Made by a program: the position numbers and the translations under genes. The notes under the pieces were generated by a model. The model made no database searches. It was not told where the DNA came from and was given only the letters and a program-made list of their open reading frames with translations. From positions 1,674,001 to 1,738,000 of the forward strand of contig MU058221.1 in assembly GCA_013265495.1 (NCBI GenBank): a stretch of 64,000 bases of DNA, read 5' to 3'. Below are positions 62,841-64,000 of this stretch, one piece after another (the stretch's first letter is position 1; each line of letters opens with the position of its first letter). The DNA comes from Vicugna vicugna (Eukaryota).

Positions 62841-63428
62841 GTGAATAAAAATTTGTCTCTCAGTCCATTTTCAAGTAAGAACTGTTTTCCATGAAAATGG
62901 TGGGTTAGAACTGGTTGTAAATGCTTTTCTCAAGACTACTGTTACACGTATATTGGTATGCGGACTTCCCATCTAGTCATACGGAATACTGAAAACACAT
63001 ACTCAAGCGTAAAGATTTACTAAAATGAGTTATTTTTACTGATTCCTCCAGCTCATCAAGGACGTTTTAAAGGGAAACATCTGTTTTGTTTCTTGCAAAC
63101 ACACAGATAAGAAGAGGGTTGATGTGCTGCCTGGGTTAATGCGAGGCACCCGAACTTTCACCCGCCGTTGCCTGCACCCCATCCACCGGTGTAAATGTCA
63201 ACACAGTAAAAAAGGCAAATGCGATTTCAGTATAGTAATGAACGTGAAAACCTGACCGCCCCCCTGAGATGGTCCTGAAGACCCCCAGGGCTCTGCAGAC
63301 CATAATCTGAAGTATCAGATCCCCAGCTCAGGATTGAACTGAATGGAAGAACTGTTTCTCAGCCTCCCCACGCAGAGGTGGCCGGCAGGCAAATCCACCT
63401 GCCCCTTCCTTACGATGCTGGCTCGCCG

Positions 63429-63442
63429 GTTGCCGTAGCAAC
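63429..63442. promoter_or_regulatory. RFX X-box motif
   Basis: GTTGCCGTAGCAAC versus consensus GTTGCCATGGCAAC, in a CpG-containing non-repeat patch. Confidence 0.55.
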
Positions 63443-64000
63443 GTCCAGGCATCCTTCGCACCTCGCTGCAGCAAGGAAGCAGCCGTGCTGAGCCGTTGCT
63501 CCTTCGCTGGTTTCACTTCTTTATTTTTCCTCGACTAATAGATGGCCCTCGGCAGTATTTTCCAGTTTTATACACACCCAACTTTGACATATTAATTTGT
63601 TTTTCACATCAATCATAAAAGACAAGGATTAATGAAACACATATGTACGCCTGCAAGAATGAGTTTTTGGCAGATTGCCCCAAAATACACTTTTGGTGAT
63701 TCCTTAAGGACCCGATGTCAAATATTTTCTAAATAATGAAACAGAATTTTTGTCACCAGGCTGCTGCTATTCCTGGAAGATTTGGAGAACAAGGTACCTG
63801 GACAAAGGTGGGGGAAGTGCAGACTTCACCTGTTGCTGGGAAAGCACCGCTCCGCTCACGGAAAAGAGGCAACGCCTGTGAAAATTCCCAGCCTTGGCTG
63901 GGGAGAGGCTCCTCCCCGTGGCGGGAAGCTCCTCGAATCAATGCCAGACACTTCCCATAACCCCTGTCCTGGCTCCACTTCCCCGTTACTCATCTCACTG

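Noticed and set aside
1..64000. CRISPR arrays, operons or other prokaryotic systems
   Set aside because: Mammalian repeat landscape; no repeat-spacer arrays or dense coding structure

Overview
Mammalian non-coding genomic DNA, most likely camelid (alpaca/vicuna/camel). Three short tRNA-derived SINEs resemble the camelid Vic-1 family, and I see no Alu, B1/B2, Bov-tA or PRE-1 elements. I recognise no protein-coding gene: every recognisable ORF in the track is LINE-1 derived, spans the N gap (9693-10365), or is GC-rich noise. The window is a mosaic of ancient eutherian repeats (MIR, L2, MLT1/MLT2/MER21 LTRs, MER8/MER20/MER58 DNA transposons, L1M) and younger L1s. It contains one large promoter-like CpG island (~51.2-52.8 kb), smaller CpG-rich patches (30.1, 36.6, 55.0, 57.0 kb), several CTCF-like motifs, and AT-rich homeodomain-site-rich blocks that look like enhancers. 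The most notable observations are: (1) a diverged ~200-bp local duplication near 54-55 kb with strongly AT-vs-GC-polarised differences; (2) a CpG island apparently built from a decayed L1 5'UTR; (3) four separate 5'-inverted (twin-primed) L1 insertions; (4) a duplicated octamer/CCAAT/ETS promoter-like cassette; (5) candidate spliced transcripts on both strands, including a 115-aa two-exon ORF. I found no convincing novel biological system. Repeat subfamily names come from recalled consensus sequences, and most boundaries are approximate.
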